A DNA stretch of 34,955 bases from an uncultured bacterium (lineage in GTDB: Bacteria > Actinomycetota > Acidimicrobiia > Spongiisociales > UBA4744): positions 1-34,955 of the forward strand of contig CBEVHI010000003.1 of the NCBI GenBank assembly GCA_965549635.1, in the 5' to 3' direction. A model generated the notes under the pieces. That model saw only the letters and a program-made list of their open reading frames with translations, ran no database searches and was not told where the DNA came from. Below are positions 24,246-34,750 of the stretch, piece by piece. The position numbers were made by a program, and so were the translations under genes. Position 1 is the first letter of the stretch; each line of letters opens with the position of its first letter.

Positions 24246-24890
24246 TCAGCTACTCCTCTCCTCAACGCCGCCCGCATCGGTGTCGGGAGGCTCCGGCATC
24301 GCATCGGTTTCCTTCGCCGGCTCTGCCGTGGCTGCTTCGGTCGTCGGGTCCGCGGTTGCGTCCTCTTGGGTCTCGACTTTCGCCCGACGGACGGGAACGA
24401 GCACCATGTGCATGTTCCGTCCCTCCTGTTTGGGCGCCTGCTCGATCTTCGCCGCCTCGCCGATCTCTTCGACGAGCCGGTCGATGATCTTCAGACCAAG
24501 CTCTGGTCGCGACATCTCCCTACCGCGAAACCAGATCGTGATCTTCACCCGGTCGCCATGCGCCAAGAACTTGAGCACCTGATTCCGTTTGATCTGGTAG
24601 TCGTGATCACCGATTTTGGGCTTGAACTTGACTTCCTTGATGACGGTCTTGGTCTGGTTCTTGCGTGCCTCTCTCGATTTCACGGACAGCTCGTACTTGT
24701 ACTTGCCATAGTCCATGAGCCGACACACCGGAGGGTCGGCACTCGGTGCCACCTCCACCAGGTCGAGACCTAGCTGGTCAGCCAGCCACAAGGCCTCCTG
24801 CAGTTTCTTGATTCCGATTTGGCCACCGTCGGGGTCAACGACTCTGACTTGCCGGGCTCGGATGTACCCATTGACGCGTAGTTCGGCGAT
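24246..24890 (-). CDS. infC: Translation initiation factor IF-3, non-canonical ATC start
   Basis: LDLVEVAP, PPVCRLMDYGKYKYE and FRGRE motifs. GAGGAGG SD 6 nt before in-frame ATC at 24890. Confidence 0.95.
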   Translation of the reverse strand: MAELRVNGYIRARQVRVVDPDGGQIGIKKLQEALWLADQLGLDLVEVAPSADPPVCRLMDYGKYKYELSVKSREARKNQTKTVIKEVKFKPKIGDHDYQIKRNQVLKFLAHGDRVKITIWFRGREMSRPELGLKIIDRLVEEIGEAAKIEQAPKQEGRNMHMVLVPVRRAKVETQEDATADPTTEAATAEPAKETDAMPEPPDTDAGGVEERSS

Positions 24891-24904
24891 CGCGATCCTC
24901 CTCA

Positions 24905-25000
24905 ACGTAAAACGACAGCAAGCGAAGCCCACTGCCGTTGACAACCACGGCGCACCGTGAGGTGGCCGGGTGGGAAGGTCTCCACTTGCGCTCGATTGTT
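24905..25000 (-). ncRNA. Candidate L20 ribosomal protein leader
   Basis: 5' UTR of infC-rpmI-rplT with complementary GCAAG...CUUGC and CCCAC...GUGGG segments, in the position of known L20 leaders. Confidence 0.55.
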
Positions 25001-25006
25001 CACGGC

Positions 25007-25034
25007 AGTATACGGGGAGGGCTCAGCCTGTCAA
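25007..25034 (-). promoter_or_regulatory. infC operon sigma-A promoter
   Basis: TTGACA-N16-TATACT. Confidence 0.85.
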
Positions 25035-25040
25035 TGCGAC

Positions 25041-25514
25041 TCAGGGCCGGCTGATGGCCTCGAGTGCATCCAGCGTGACCAGCACAGCCTTCGCCGCCTC
25101 GAATCCCTTGTTGGCGGGTCCAGGAAGAGCCCGCTCTCGAGCGTGCTCATACTCGGTCACCGTCAGGATGGCATTGCCGATCGGGGCTCCGGTCGACACC
25201 GAAACGGAGGCGATCCCGGAGATCGACTGCGTTGCGACATGCACGTAGTGATCGGTCTCGCCTTTGATGACCGCACCGATGGCGACAACTCCGTCGTGGC
25301 CGGCCTCGATGAGACGTCGTGCCACCAGCGGAATCTCCAGGGCGCCCGGAACCCGCACGATGGTCACCGTCTCCGTTCCGGCGGCTTTGAGCGCCTCGAG
25401 AGCGCCGGCGAGGAGTCCGTCGGTCACCACACGGTTGAACGTGGACACGACCACACCGATGTGTCTCCGCTCACCCTTTCCCGCCCCTTGGATTTCACTG
25501 ATGCGCATCGGCAT
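25041..25514 (-). CDS. ribH: 6,7-dimethyl-8-ribityllumazine synthase
   Basis: [18 protein letters not shown] and NKGFEAA motifs. The start could be ATG 25508. Confidence 0.95.
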   Translation of the reverse strand: MPMRISEIQGAGKGERRHIGVVVSTFNRVVTDGLLAGALEALKAAGTETVTIVRVPGALEIPLVARRLIEAGHDGVVAIGAVIKGETDHYVHVATQSISGIASVSVSTGAPIGNAILTVTEYEHARERALPGPANKGFEAAKAVLVTLDALEAISRP

Positions 25515-26718
25515 CCTCCAGGTGGATCGAGTGCCCGAGCTTTCGCACCTTGGTGGTGAGGTAGCTCAGATTCTCCGGGTTGGGTCGGACCTCGAGGGGA
25601 ACCGTCTCGACAATCTCGAGACCATACCCCTCGATGCCGGCACGCTTCGTCGGGTTATTGGTGAGCAGGCGCATCGTCGTGATACCCAGATCTGCCAGGA
25701 TCTGGGCACCGACTCCGTAGTCCCTGGCATCGGTGGGGAGTCCCAGCTCGAGGTTCGCCTCGACGGTGTCCCTTCCGTGATCCTGGAGCGCGTATGCCTC
25801 GAGCTTGTGCATGAGGCCGATGCCCCTGCCTTCGTGGCCGCGCAGGTAGAGGATGACCCCACGGCCTTCCGCGGCGATCTTTCGCATGGCGTCATGCAGC
25901 TGAGAGCCGCAGTCGCAGCGCAAGCTCCCGAGCGTGTCGCCCGTCAAGCACTCTGAGTGCACTCGTACGAGCACGTCCTCGTTCGATGAGACGTCTCCCT
26001 TGACCAGCGCCAGGTGCTCCCTATGGTCGATCAGGGACTCGTAGGCGATCGCCTCGAAGTCGCCGTACTCGGTCGGAAGACGTGCCTCCGCCCCTCGCCT
26101 GATGAGCCGCTGGTTTCGGCGTCGGTGTGCGATGAGATCGGCGATCTGGATCATCACCAGACCGTGAGTGGCGGCGAACTCTTCCAGTTCCGGCAGACGG
26201 GCTGTGGAACCATCGTCGGTGACGATCTCGGCGAGAACCCCCGCCGGTCGAAGGCCTGCGAGGGTGGCGAGATCTACCGCCGCCTCGGTGTGTCCGGCTC
26301 GTCGCAACACACCCCCCGGCTGATAGCGCAGCGGAAAGATATGCCCCGGTCTTGTGAAGTCCTCAGGTTCGCTGGTCCGATCCACGATCGCGGCGATCGT
26401 CGCCGCACGATCCGCAGCGGAGATACCGGTGGTTGTCGTAGGTCCATAGTCGACAGAGACCGTGAAAGCAGTATGCCTGGCATCCGTGTTCTGGGTCACC
26501 ATCATCGGGATTCTCAGCTCGTCGAGCCGCTCCCCCATCAGCGGCACGCAGATGATTCCGCTGGTGTGACGCACCATGAATCCGATCTGCTCCGCAGTTG
26601 CCTTCTCGGCCGCGATGATCAGATCTCCCTCGTTCTCTCTGTCCTCATCGTCGACGACGACGACGAACTCCCCACGGGCAATCGCCGCGACGGCATCCTC
26701 GATCGGAGAGAAACTCAC
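25495..26718 (-). CDS. ribBA: Bifunctional DHBP synthase / GTP cyclohydrolase II
   Basis: [43 protein letters not shown] and HEGRGIG motifs. GTG 26718 overlaps the upstream stop. Confidence 0.97.
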   Translation of the reverse strand: MSFSPIEDAVAAIARGEFVVVVDDEDRENEGDLIIAAEKATAEQIGFMVRHTSGIICVPLMGERLDELRIPMMVTQNTDARHTAFTVSVDYGPTTTTGISAADRAATIAAIVDRTSEPEDFTRPGHIFPLRYQPGGVLRRAGHTEAAVDLATLAGLRPAGVLAEIVTDDGSTARLPELEEFAATHGLVMIQIADLIAHRRRNQRLIRRGAEARLPTEYGDFEAIAYESLIDHREHLALVKGDVSSNEDVLVRVHSECLTGDTLGSLRCDCGSQLHDAMRKIAAEGRGVILYLRGHEGRGIGLMHKLEAYALQDHGRDTVEANLELGLPTDARDYGVGAQILADLGITTMRLLTNNPTKRAGIEGYGLEIVETVPLEVRPNPENLSYLTTKVRKLGHSIHLEDADAHQ

Positions 26719-27302
26719 GATGAACTCCCGACGAGGCGTTCGACGTACTTGGCGATCACATCGCACTCGATGTTGACGCTGTCGCCCGGTCTGCGCTGTC
26801 CGAGCACAGTGACCTTCAGCGTGTGAGGAATGAGCGCGACTTCAAACCAGCTCGCGCCCACGGCGGTAACCGTCAAGCTGACCCCGTCCAGCGCGACAGA
26901 ACCCTTCTCTGCGATGTAGCCGGCGAGAACAACCGGCATCTCCACTCGCATACGGACGCTGTCCCCTTCCCGCCGCAGAGAGTGAACGGTACCGATGCCG
27001 TCCACGTGACCCTGGACGATGTGCCCATCGAATCGGCCCGTGGCCGCCAGTGGCCGCTCCAGATCGACGGTCGAGCCCGGTTCGAGATCTCCCAGATTGG
27101 TGCGGACCCTCGTCTCGTGGACCACGTCGGCGGCAAACCCGTCCTCGAGTGTCTCCACCACGGTCAAGCAGACCCCATTGACGGCCATGGAGTCACCGAC
27201 TCCCAGCCCGCCAAGGTCGGTCTCGATCTCCAACCGGTACGCCTCTTCGGTCTGCGTGACCGAGCGAACCGATCCAAGTGCTTCGACGATTCCAGTGAAC
27301 AT
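26715..27302 (-). CDS. ribE: Riboflavin synthase
   Basis: [24 protein letters not shown] and LIPHT motifs. Confidence 0.96.
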   Translation of the reverse strand: MFTGIVEALGSVRSVTQTEEAYRLEIETDLGGLGVGDSMAVNGVCLTVVETLEDGFAADVVHETRVRTNLGDLEPGSTVDLERPLAATGRFDGHIVQGHVDGIGTVHSLRREGDSVRMRVEMPVVLAGYIAEKGSVALDGVSLTVTAVGASWFEVALIPHTLKVTVLGQRRPGDSVNIECDVIAKYVERLVGSSS

Positions 27303-28345
27303 CAGTCCTTCTCCATTTCGGCTTCGATCTTGATGTCGTTTCCCAGGGGCGTCACGGCGGTGATGTGCACCTCATGAGCGTCGTCCAGTGTCGGGAAGGA
27401 GGCTGAGAACACCGTGCGGCCGGTTCCGCCGGCAAGTAACCCGCCCAGGTAGAGGACGAGCCTGTCGACGAGTCCCGCTGCCAGCAGGGACGCAGCCAGT
27501 GTTGGCCCTCCTTCGACGAGGATGTCGATCACACCGCGCTCCCCGAGAGCGTTGAGGGCGCTGGTGAGGTCGACTCCGACCGGACCCGGTGCCGTGATCG
27601 TATCGATCCCCTCGATCTGTGCGGATGCGAGAGCAATCGGACTGCGCGCGAGCACCAGGGCGTCTGTCGGAAGCGGTTTCGATCCCACGACGATGATCGG
27701 GACCGGCTGCGGCCCGGCATAGCCTTCGAGGCGTACATCGAGTCGAGGGTTGTCACTCCGGACGGTCCCGGCTCCGACCATGACCGCATCCGACCTCGCC
27801 CGAAGCCGGTGAGCGTCCTCGCGAGCAGCCGTACCGGTGATCCATCGGGACGACCCGTCGACGGCGGCTACTTGTCCGTCGAGCGTCGAGGCCACTTTCA
27901 GGATGACGAAGGGCCGACCGGTCTTTCGATGATGGAAGTAGCCGGGGTCGAGAGCAATCGCCTCAGAAGGCAGCACACCTACCTCAACGCTCAGTCCCGC
28001 CGCCCTCAGCTGGTCGATGCCACTGCCGGCGACACGGCTATCGGGATCCTGAACAGCGACGACGACCCGGCGTATGCCCGCGGCAAGGATGGCGTCGACA
28101 CAAGGGGGCGTTCTGCCGTGGTGGGAGCACGGCTCCAGAGTGGCGTAGATCGTTCCGCCACGGGCGTCTTCGCCTGCCTCCTGCAGGGCCATCACCTCCG
28201 CGTGCGGTGTGCCTGGTCCTGCGTGGCTGCCCTGACCTTTCAAGGTGCCGTCGGGCCCCACCACGACCGCCCCCACTCTCGGGTTGGGGTGCGGGTGTGT
28301 GTCTCGTGCGAGGGAGAGACACCGGGCCATCCACTGTTCGTCCAC
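27302..28345 (-). CDS. ribD: Riboflavin biosynthesis deaminase/reductase
   Basis: PNPRVGAV, HAEV, LEPCSHHGRTPPC, SRWITG and EGG motifs. Confidence 0.96.
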   Translation of the reverse strand: MDEQWMARCLSLARDTHPHPNPRVGAVVVGPDGTLKGQGSHAGPGTPHAEVMALQEAGEDARGGTIYATLEPCSHHGRTPPCVDAILAAGIRRVVVAVQDPDSRVAGSGIDQLRAAGLSVEVGVLPSEAIALDPGYFHHRKTGRPFVILKVASTLDGQVAAVDGSSRWITGTAAREDAHRLRARSDAVMVGAGTVRSDNPRLDVRLEGYAGPQPVPIIVVGSKPLPTDALVLARSPIALASAQIEGIDTITAPGPVGVDLTSALNALGERGVIDILVEGGPTLAASLLAAGLVDRLVLYLGGLLAGGTGRTVFSASFPTLDDAHEVHITAVTPLGNDIKIEAEMEKD

Positions 28346-28390
28346 AGTTCACCTCTGCTGACTGGGCGAGCGCGCACGAACGCGAGACGC

Positions 28391-28505
28391 CCTCCTTCTC
28401 TCATCCGGACTGTCACCGTCGGCCCCGGAGTTCCACCGGATCCACCCCGAAGGGGTCGCGGGCTTTCACCGCCGGTCGGGAATCGCACCCTGCCCTGAAG
28501 GGGGC
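28391..28505 (-). ncRNA. FMN riboswitch
   Basis: CTTCAGGGCAGGGTGCGATTCCCGACCGGCGGT...AGCCCGCGA...CCGACGGTGACAGTCCGGATGAGAGAAG directly upstream of ribD. TACACT -10 at 28514-28519. Confidence 0.97.
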
Positions 28506-28539
28506 TGTGTGTCAGTGTAGTGCCGTATCCGGAGGAGCT

Positions 28540-29469
28540 TCAGCCGGATCGACGGTCGATCTCGTACGCCGAGCCTGCGGTCGCCTTGGCGAATTCCTTC
28601 ATCTCCACCGCTACTGCCGACGCTTCCCACTGTGAGGTGATCTCGCGATGACGGTTCGTTGCTACACCGAGCGAGAAGGAGATCACCGGGTAGGCGTGCT
28701 GCTCCCCTCTCCGGTCGGCTACCTCGATGTACCCCCGCAGAGCGTCCGCGGTGTCGTAGAAGTCCAGAATCCCGGCGTCGAAGATGCGGATCGTTGCCTG
28801 ACAGAACGCTTCGCAAGACTCCGGATCGACGATCGCGACGAAGTCGTCTCCGCCGATGTGGCCGACGAATACCCGTGGGTCGGGGTTCTCGGCCGCGGCC
28901 TCCAGAAGGGCGTGCGCCGTAAACTTGATCACCTGGTCTCCTCGCATGAAGCCGTAGTGGTCGTTGAACGACTTGAAGTTGTCGAGGTCGGCGTGGATGA
29001 TGCCGATCGGTCCACCCTCTGCGACGCGGCGTTCCATCTCCTCGGAAATCCGGAAGTTCCCCGGCAGACCTGTCAGCGGTGAGACGTCACGCATCGTCTG
29101 TGATCGTCGCATCACCGCCTTCACTCTCGCGACGAGCTCGTCGACGTCGAACGGTTTGTTGATGTAGTCGTCGGCGCCAAGATCAAGGCCGCGGATGCGA
29201 TCTTCAGGCATCGTTCTCGCCGTCAGAAGGATCACCGACGTGTTTGCCGCCGAGGGGTGTGTCCTCAGGCGTCGCAGCACGTCGAACCCGTCCATCTCCG
29301 GCATCATCACGTCGAGGAGGACCAGATCCGGCGGCTCTTGCATGACCGACTCGATCGCCTCTCGACCATCTCTGGCCTCGGCGACCTGGAATCCCTCGAG
29401 CTCCAGGTTCACGCGAATGAACTGGAGGATGTCGGGATCGTCGTCTGCTACGAGTATCCGCTGGGCCAT
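28540..29469 (-). CDS. Response regulator with GGDEF-type (GGDDF) output domain
   Basis: REC domain (ADDD, LLDVMMP, LTA, KPF); SPLTGLPGN, DLDNFKSFND and GHIGGDDF. Confidence 0.92.
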   Translation of the reverse strand: MAQRILVADDDPDILQFIRVNLELEGFQVAEARDGREAIESVMQEPPDLVLLDVMMPEMDGFDVLRRLRTHPSAANTSVILLTARTMPEDRIRGLDLGADDYINKPFDVDELVARVKAVMRRSQTMRDVSPLTGLPGNFRISEEMERRVAEGGPIGIIHADLDNFKSFNDHYGFMRGDQVIKFTAHALLEAAAENPDPRVFVGHIGGDDFVAIVDPESCEAFCQATIRIFDAGILDFYDTADALRGYIEVADRRGEQHAYPVISFSLGVATNRHREITSQWEASAVAVEMKEFAKATAGSAYEIDRRSG

Positions 29470-29470
29470 C

Positions 29471-30130
29471 TCACTCCTCGATCGCGGCTCTGAGCCGGTT
29501 CACGGCTCCGATCGGGTCTGACGATCCGAAGATCGCGTTGCCGGCCACAAACACATCTGCGCCGGCATCGCGAGCCATGCGGGCATTCTCCGGACTCACA
29601 CCACCATCGATCTCTATATCGGCCCCCAAGCCACGGGAATCAATGAACTTTCTCGCCTTCTCGACTTTTTCGAGGCTCTCGACGATAAAGGTCTGGCCAC
29701 CGAAGCCAGGATGCACCGACATCACCAGCAGGAGGTCGACGAGTTCGATGAACGGTTCCACCGCTGCGAACGGGGTCGGCGGGTTCAGGGCGAGGCCGAA
29801 GGCCAGACCGTGCTCTCGAGCCTGTGCCGCCACCCGGGTTGGGTCCGGGTAGACCTCGATATGCACCGTCGCCAAGTCGGCACCTGCTTCGCGCAGTACC
29901 GGGAAGTACACATCCGGGTTCGTCGTCATCAGATGGCAATCGAAGAACAGGGCAGAGGTTCGCCGCAGCGCCGCGATCAGTGGCATCCCAAAAGTCAGGT
30001 TGGGTACGAAGTGCCCATCCATCACGTCGAGGTGGAGCAGTTCGACGTATGGTTCGATGCGAGCTACATCCTCGGCGAGGTGTGCAAAGTCGGCGGAGAG
30101 AATCGAAGGGGCGATGCGCGCAGGTTGCAT
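29471..30130 (-). CDS. rpe: Ribulose-phosphate 3-epimerase
   Basis: IAPSILSADF, HLDVMDGHFVPN, MSVHPGFGGQ and DGG motifs. Confidence 0.97.
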   Translation of the reverse strand: MQPARIAPSILSADFAHLAEDVARIEPYVELLHLDVMDGHFVPNLTFGMPLIAALRRTSALFFDCHLMTTNPDVYFPVLREAGADLATVHIEVYPDPTRVAAQAREHGLAFGLALNPPTPFAAVEPFIELVDLLLVMSVHPGFGGQTFIVESLEKVEKARKFIDSRGLGADIEIDGGVSPENARMARDAGADVFVAGNAIFGSSDPIGAVNRLRAAIEE

Positions 30131-30173
30131 TGGGCGAGTGTATCAACGACGCTGCCACCGCAGGAGCACCTGG

Positions 30174-31076
30174 TCAGCTCAGCCTGCCGAGACCATGCCC
30201 ACGTGCCCATGCGGCCGCGTCCATCCGCTTCCGATTGGCCGGCTGCACCTCCATGAGCTCGAGTGATCCCTTCCCGGTTCCGAGCAGGACGCGGCCGCCA
30301 TGGATGGCCAGCTCTCCTTCGTGCAAGTCGGTCTGCTCCGCTCGTCCGGTTCGCCAGATCTTGATCCGATCCTCGCCATGGATCGCCCATGCACCTCCCC
30401 GGCCCGCGAGCGCCCTCACCTGCCGGTCGATGAGGTCGGCTTGGGAGAACACGTCGATCCTCATCTCCGAAGCGTCGATGCGCTTGGCGTAGGTGACGCC
30501 TTCGGTCGGCTGTGGGCGAGGCTGGAGAGCCCCGGCGATGTAGGCGGGGAGAATCTCCACGAGCAACTTGGCCCCCACATCGGCGAGGCGCCCACCGACC
30601 AGCGGGGCGTCGTCTCCTGCATCGATGGTGACCTCCCGTTGTGCCACGATCGGGCCCGTGTCCAACCCTGCGTCGAGTTGCATGATCGTCACGCCTGTCT
30701 TCTCATCCCCGGCGAGGATCGATCGTTCGATCGGGGCGGCTCCGCGCCAGCGCGGAAGGAGGGAGAAGTGCACGTTGAGGAACCCGTGCGCCACGAGGGC
30801 CAAGGCGGACTCTGGGATCAGGACTCCGTAGGCAACCACGACCGCCACGTCGATTTCGGCTCGCTCGAGCACTTCACCGATGTCGCCCCCGCGCTGGGGC
30901 TGTTGCACCTCGATTCCCTGCTCCATCGCCGCCAGCTTGACCGGCGATGGGACCGTGCGCCGCGCTCTGCCCGAGGGCCGATCAGGCCGAGTCACCACCA
31001 GTACCACCTGGTCCCCGAGTGCAGTGAGGGTGGGCACCGCTGTCTCCGGTGTCCCCAGGAAGGCGATGCGGGTCAC
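30174..31076 (-). CDS. fmt: Methionyl-tRNA formyltransferase
   Basis: FLGTP, NVHFSLLPRWRGAAPI and LDTGP motifs. Confidence 0.96.
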   Translation of the reverse strand: MTRIAFLGTPETAVPTLTALGDQVVLVVTRPDRPSGRARRTVPSPVKLAAMEQGIEVQQPQRGGDIGEVLERAEIDVAVVVAYGVLIPESALALVAHGFLNVHFSLLPRWRGAAPIERSILAGDEKTGVTIMQLDAGLDTGPIVAQREVTIDAGDDAPLVGGRLADVGAKLLVEILPAYIAGALQPRPQPTEGVTYAKRIDASEMRIDVFSQADLIDRQVRALAGRGGAWAIHGEDRIKIWRTGRAEQTDLHEGELAIHGGRVLLGTGKGSLELMEVQPANRKRMDAAAWARGHGLGRLS

Positions 31077-31564
31077 AGTCCCAGGGCCTCTTCGCGGAGT
31101 TCTCGCAGTGCCTGTTTGCGAACTCTGCGTTCGAGCCGCTCGATCAGCAACATCCCTTCGAGGTGATCGATTTCGTGCTGGAGGACCCTGCCGAGGAGTT
31201 CTTCGCCTGCGTACTCGACCGGCTCTCCGAATTCATCCAGACCTGTCGCCCGCGCGAACGCCGGGCGTTCAATCGGCCAGAACCGGCCAGGGACCGACAG
31301 ACATCCTTCATCGAACACCCAATCACCCGAGCTCTCGAGCAGCACAGGGTTGATCAGTGCCTTGGGCCCGTCTCCAGCGTCGAAGACCACGACTCGACGC
31401 GATATGCCGATCTGCGGGGCGGCGAGGCCGACTCCCGGAGCGTCGTACATCGTTTCGATCATGTCGGCAACGAGGCGCCTGATGCCGTCATCGACCTCTT
31501 CGATCTCCTGAGCTCGTGTTCTCAGGACGGGGTCGCCAAACGTTCGAATGGGAAAGATCGCCAT
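31073..31564 (-). CDS. def: Peptide deformylase
   Basis: GVGLAAPQIG, EGCLS and QHEIDHL motifs. Confidence 0.97.
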   Translation of the reverse strand: MAIFPIRTFGDPVLRTRAQEIEEVDDGIRRLVADMIETMYDAPGVGLAAPQIGISRRVVVFDAGDGPKALINPVLLESSGDWVFDEGCLSVPGRFWPIERPAFARATGLDEFGEPVEYAGEELLGRVLQHEIDHLEGMLLIERLERRVRKQALRELREEALGL

Positions 31565-31577
31565 TGGCGGGAGCCTA

Positions 31578-31606
31578 CTAGTGGTGTGCCGCTCAATCAG
31601 TGTCAG
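31578..31606. repeat. 29-bp intergenic repeat, copy 1
   Basis: CTAGTGGTGTGCCGCTCAATCAGTGTCAG matches 34751-34779 at 26 of 29 positions. Confidence 0.75.
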
Positions 31607-31754
31607 AGGCTCTCCGAGGACTCGGCGTCATCTGGCAACGACACAGGATCAGTCGCCTCAAGGACTGAGGACGCAGCCAGGGGCGTCGATCGCCGGTGAG
31701 TACATGACTTGTGACCCGGGACACTGGTGCAGCGAAGGCGTCGGCGGGACCGGC

Positions 31755-33524
31755 TCAAAGATCGATCGGATCCACGTCGAGGCGCACGACGCCGCCTTTG
31801 TCGCGGATCTTCTGGACGACGGGACGGAGCGATTCCCGAACCGGTCCCAGGTTATGACCTTGGATGAGCCAGCGGAGGTTTCCCTGGCGTTCCACCGGAC
31901 CGAGCAGCGTCGCTTCGCTGCCGATGGCGTCACGCAGGCGGTTTGCCGCACCCTCGGTTTCGCCGGCAACCTGCACGATGATGACCTCACCGACTGGAGG
32001 GAGGCCGAGCTCGGTGCGCGCTTCCAGCTCTCCTCGCAGGAACGGCACGGGGTCGCCTGCCCGCAGCGCCGAGATTACGGGATGGTCGGGCAGTCCAGTC
32101 TGAACGATCAACCGCCGGCCTCTCCCGAATCTGATGGTCGCCGCCAGGCGGGCCAGGACCCGAAGCGCCTCTTCCGCAGCGTTGTAGGTGCTGCCCAGGA
32201 TGAGCCCGTCTGCATCGACGACGACAGCGAGTCCTATGTCTGTCAGCGAAGGTACGTCGCGCTCCGTCCCCACCCACAACGGAGCATCGGAGCCAACCGG
32301 TCCCACGCTTTGTGGGCCATGTGCTTGCCGGAGGACCTCGGTGATGCGACCGACACCCGCTCCGAGCGCCTCAAACCGCACCCCTCCGCAGCTCGGACAC
32401 CCTCCCAGTTGCGCTCCACAGCGGTTGCACTCCTCACCCGGCTCCGGTCGGGAACCGCACGACGGGCACACACGCAAGGTCTTGCATGCCACGCAGCGCA
32501 ACGCCGGTGCATAGCCTCGACGGTGACTGAACACGAAGATCCTCATCCCTCGCTTCATGGCGCCACTCACGGCCGCGCGAACGCGGTCCGTCAGCAAACC
32601 GCCACCTGGAGGGGCTTCACCCCGATCCACGATCTCGACCGGCGGCCAGCTGCGGGCCGTCCGCCGTTCGAGCCGCACCCCTGCCGCCAGCACCGTGGTG
32701 CTGGGGACACTGCCCAGATACCACACGTTGAAACGCTCCACCGACGCCCTGCGGCGAATGACCTCACGGGCATGCACCGTCGGGGTCTGTCGGTCGCGCA
32801 TAGCCCGTCTGCCCTCCTCGACGATGACCGCGAGCCGAAGATCCGCAACGGGCCAGAACGCAATTCGGTGTGTGCCAACCACGACGTGCCCTGGCACTGC
32901 GCACGCCGTGCTCCAGGCAGAGGTCACTTCACGATCCGCAGCCGACGGTTGCACTTCGAGCAGACGGCTCCCGAGGGAAGCACGGAGGGAAGCGGCATGG
33001 CCGGCTACCTCCGAACCCGTGGCGAGAATGACCATCGCCGATCCCCCCGCGGCGGCGACCTGCCCGACGTGCCCCAACAGGGCACTCACTCCCGGTTCGT
33101 CGGTCATTGTGTAGACGGAGGCGCTTCTCGCCCCCTTCATGGCGGTGGCAACCGGAGCGGGAAGCTGCCCCTCTGATGCTCGGCGAATCGGCTCCCCTGG
33201 TGGCTCCTTGGTTCGCTGCGGAAGGTTTGGCGGCCCGGAGCGGCGGAGGAGTGTCGCCAGCGGAGCGATGTAGTGCAGGGACGCCCACCGGAGCGTCTGC
33301 AGCAGCGCTGGGGTGAAGAACGGCGTCTCGCTGGAGACCGCCTTGATCGGTTTCAGACCATCAGGTTCGCCGTCTTCCAGACCCACGACCCAACCGCGCA
33401 CCACCCGCCTCCCCAGAGGGACCCGCACGAGGGAGCCAACGCTCACAGGATCGTCGGTGGCGTATCGGAACCCTTCGTCAACGGCATATGTTGGCAAGTC
33501 GGGAACGACTCGCGCGATGCGCAA
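31755..33524 (-). CDS. priA: Primosomal protein N' with degenerate helicase motifs
   Basis: N-terminal GSLVRVPLG 3'-binding domain, RRGYAP, four CxxC, GAGVGRI and LDVDP end. Syntenic metK-priA-def-fmt. Start TTG 33524. Confidence 0.88.
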   Translation of the reverse strand: MRIARVVPDLPTYAVDEGFRYATDDPVSVGSLVRVPLGRRVVRGWVVGLEDGEPDGLKPIKAVSSETPFFTPALLQTLRWASLHYIAPLATLLRRSGPPNLPQRTKEPPGEPIRRASEGQLPAPVATAMKGARSASVYTMTDEPGVSALLGHVGQVAAAGGSAMVILATGSEVAGHAASLRASLGSRLLEVQPSAADREVTSAWSTACAVPGHVVVGTHRIAFWPVADLRLAVIVEEGRRAMRDRQTPTVHAREVIRRRASVERFNVWYLGSVPSTTVLAAGVRLERRTARSWPPVEIVDRGEAPPGGGLLTDRVRAAVSGAMKRGMRIFVFSHRRGYAPALRCVACKTLRVCPSCGSRPEPGEECNRCGAQLGGCPSCGGVRFEALGAGVGRITEVLRQAHGPQSVGPVGSDAPLWVGTERDVPSLTDIGLAVVVDADGLILGSTYNAAEEALRVLARLAATIRFGRGRRLIVQTGLPDHPVISALRAGDPVPFLRGELEARTELGLPPVGEVIIVQVAGETEGAANRLRDAIGSEATLLGPVERQGNLRWLIQGHNLGPVRESLRPVVQKIRDKGGVVRLDVDPIDL

Positions 33525-33526
33525 GG

Positions 33527-34699
33527 TCAGCCTGCCTCCCTGGCGAGGTCGGCCGCTGCCTCCGTCGACTCCCATGGAAACGCCTCCCGACCGAAGTGCC
33601 CGTATGCCGAAGTGGGCGTGTAGATCGGCTGCCGGAGTCCGAGCCGATCGATGATGGCCTCAGGCCGGAAGTCGAAGAACTCGCGGACAAGCGCATCCAG
33701 GGCCTTCGGATCGATGTGTGCAGTCTCGAAGGTCTCGACACGGACCGAGAAGGGTGTCGCCCTTCCGATCGCATATGAGAGCTGCACCTCACACTCATCG
33801 GCCAGGCCTGCCGCAACCACGTTCTTGGCTGCGTGGCGAGCTGCGTAAGCTGCTGAGCGGTCCACCTTGGTCGGATCCTTCCCGGAGAACGATCCTCCAC
33901 CGTGGCGTGCGGTGCCGCCGTAGGTGTCGACGATGATCTTGCGACCGGTGAGACCCGTGTCGGCTTCGGGACCCCCTATCTCGAACTTGCCGGATGGGTT
34001 CACGAGCAGCTCGAAGTCACCCATCAGGGAGGAGGCGATCGCCGGACGAACCACCACTTCGACAAGGTCTTGCTCGAGGCGCTTGTGCTCGGTACCTGGC
34101 TTGTGCTGCGTGGAGATCAGCACCCTGCGCACGGCTACCGGCCGCCGACCCTCGTACTCGACGGTGACCTGTGTCTTCCCGTCCGGACCGAGGTAGTCGA
34201 GGATTCCGCTCTTGCGGACTGTGGCCAGCCGCTTTGCAAGCAGATGAGCGTAGTGAATCGGTGCCGGCATCAACTCGGGCGTCTCGTCGACCGCATACCC
34301 GAACATGATTCCCTGGTCGCCGGCGCCCAGATGGTCAAGGGGGTCGGTCGACCCGTTTCTCCACTCGAGCGAGGCCTCCACACCTCCCGCGATGTCGGGG
34401 CTCTGCACGCCCAGCATGTCTTCTACTTCGCACGTGTCGGCCGAGAACTTCCGTGACGAGTCGGTGTACCCGACAGCCCTGATGGCGCGACGGGCGACGG
34501 CATCAACGTCGACATCCGCGGAGCTTCCCACCTCACCGGCAACGATGACCCTGTCGCGAGTGACGAGCGTCTCACAGGCGACCCGACCCATGGGATCCTG
34601 GCGTAGGACCTCGTCGAGGATCGAATCAGACACGCGGTCGGCGACCTTGTCGGGGTGTCCTTCGGTTACGGACTCTGAGGTGAAGAACCAGTTCTGCAT
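33527..34699 (-). CDS. metK: S-adenosylmethionine synthase
   Basis: FTSESVTEGHPDK, GAGDQG, GRKIIVDTYGG and GGGSFSGKDPTKVDRS motifs. Confidence 0.98.
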   Translation of the reverse strand: MQNWFFTSESVTEGHPDKVADRVSDSILDEVLRQDPMGRVACETLVTRDRVIVAGEVGSSADVDVDAVARRAIRAVGYTDSSRKFSADTCEVEDMLGVQSPDIAGGVEASLEWRNGSTDPLDHLGAGDQGIMFGYAVDETPELMPAPIHYAHLLAKRLATVRKSGILDYLGPDGKTQVTVEYEGRRPVAVRRVLISTQHKPGTEHKRLEQDLVEVVVRPAIASSLMGDFELLVNPSGKFEIGGPEADTGLTGRKIIVDTYGGTARHGGGSFSGKDPTKVDRSAAYAARHAAKNVVAAGLADECEVQLSYAIGRATPFSVRVETFETAHIDPKALDALVREFFDFRPEAIIDRLGLRQPIYTPTSAYGHFGREAFPWESTEAAADLAREAG

Positions 34700-34750
34700 T
34701 GTCGGGAGTATACGGGTGCCAGGTCGTTGGAGCCGCTGCTACGCCGAAGG

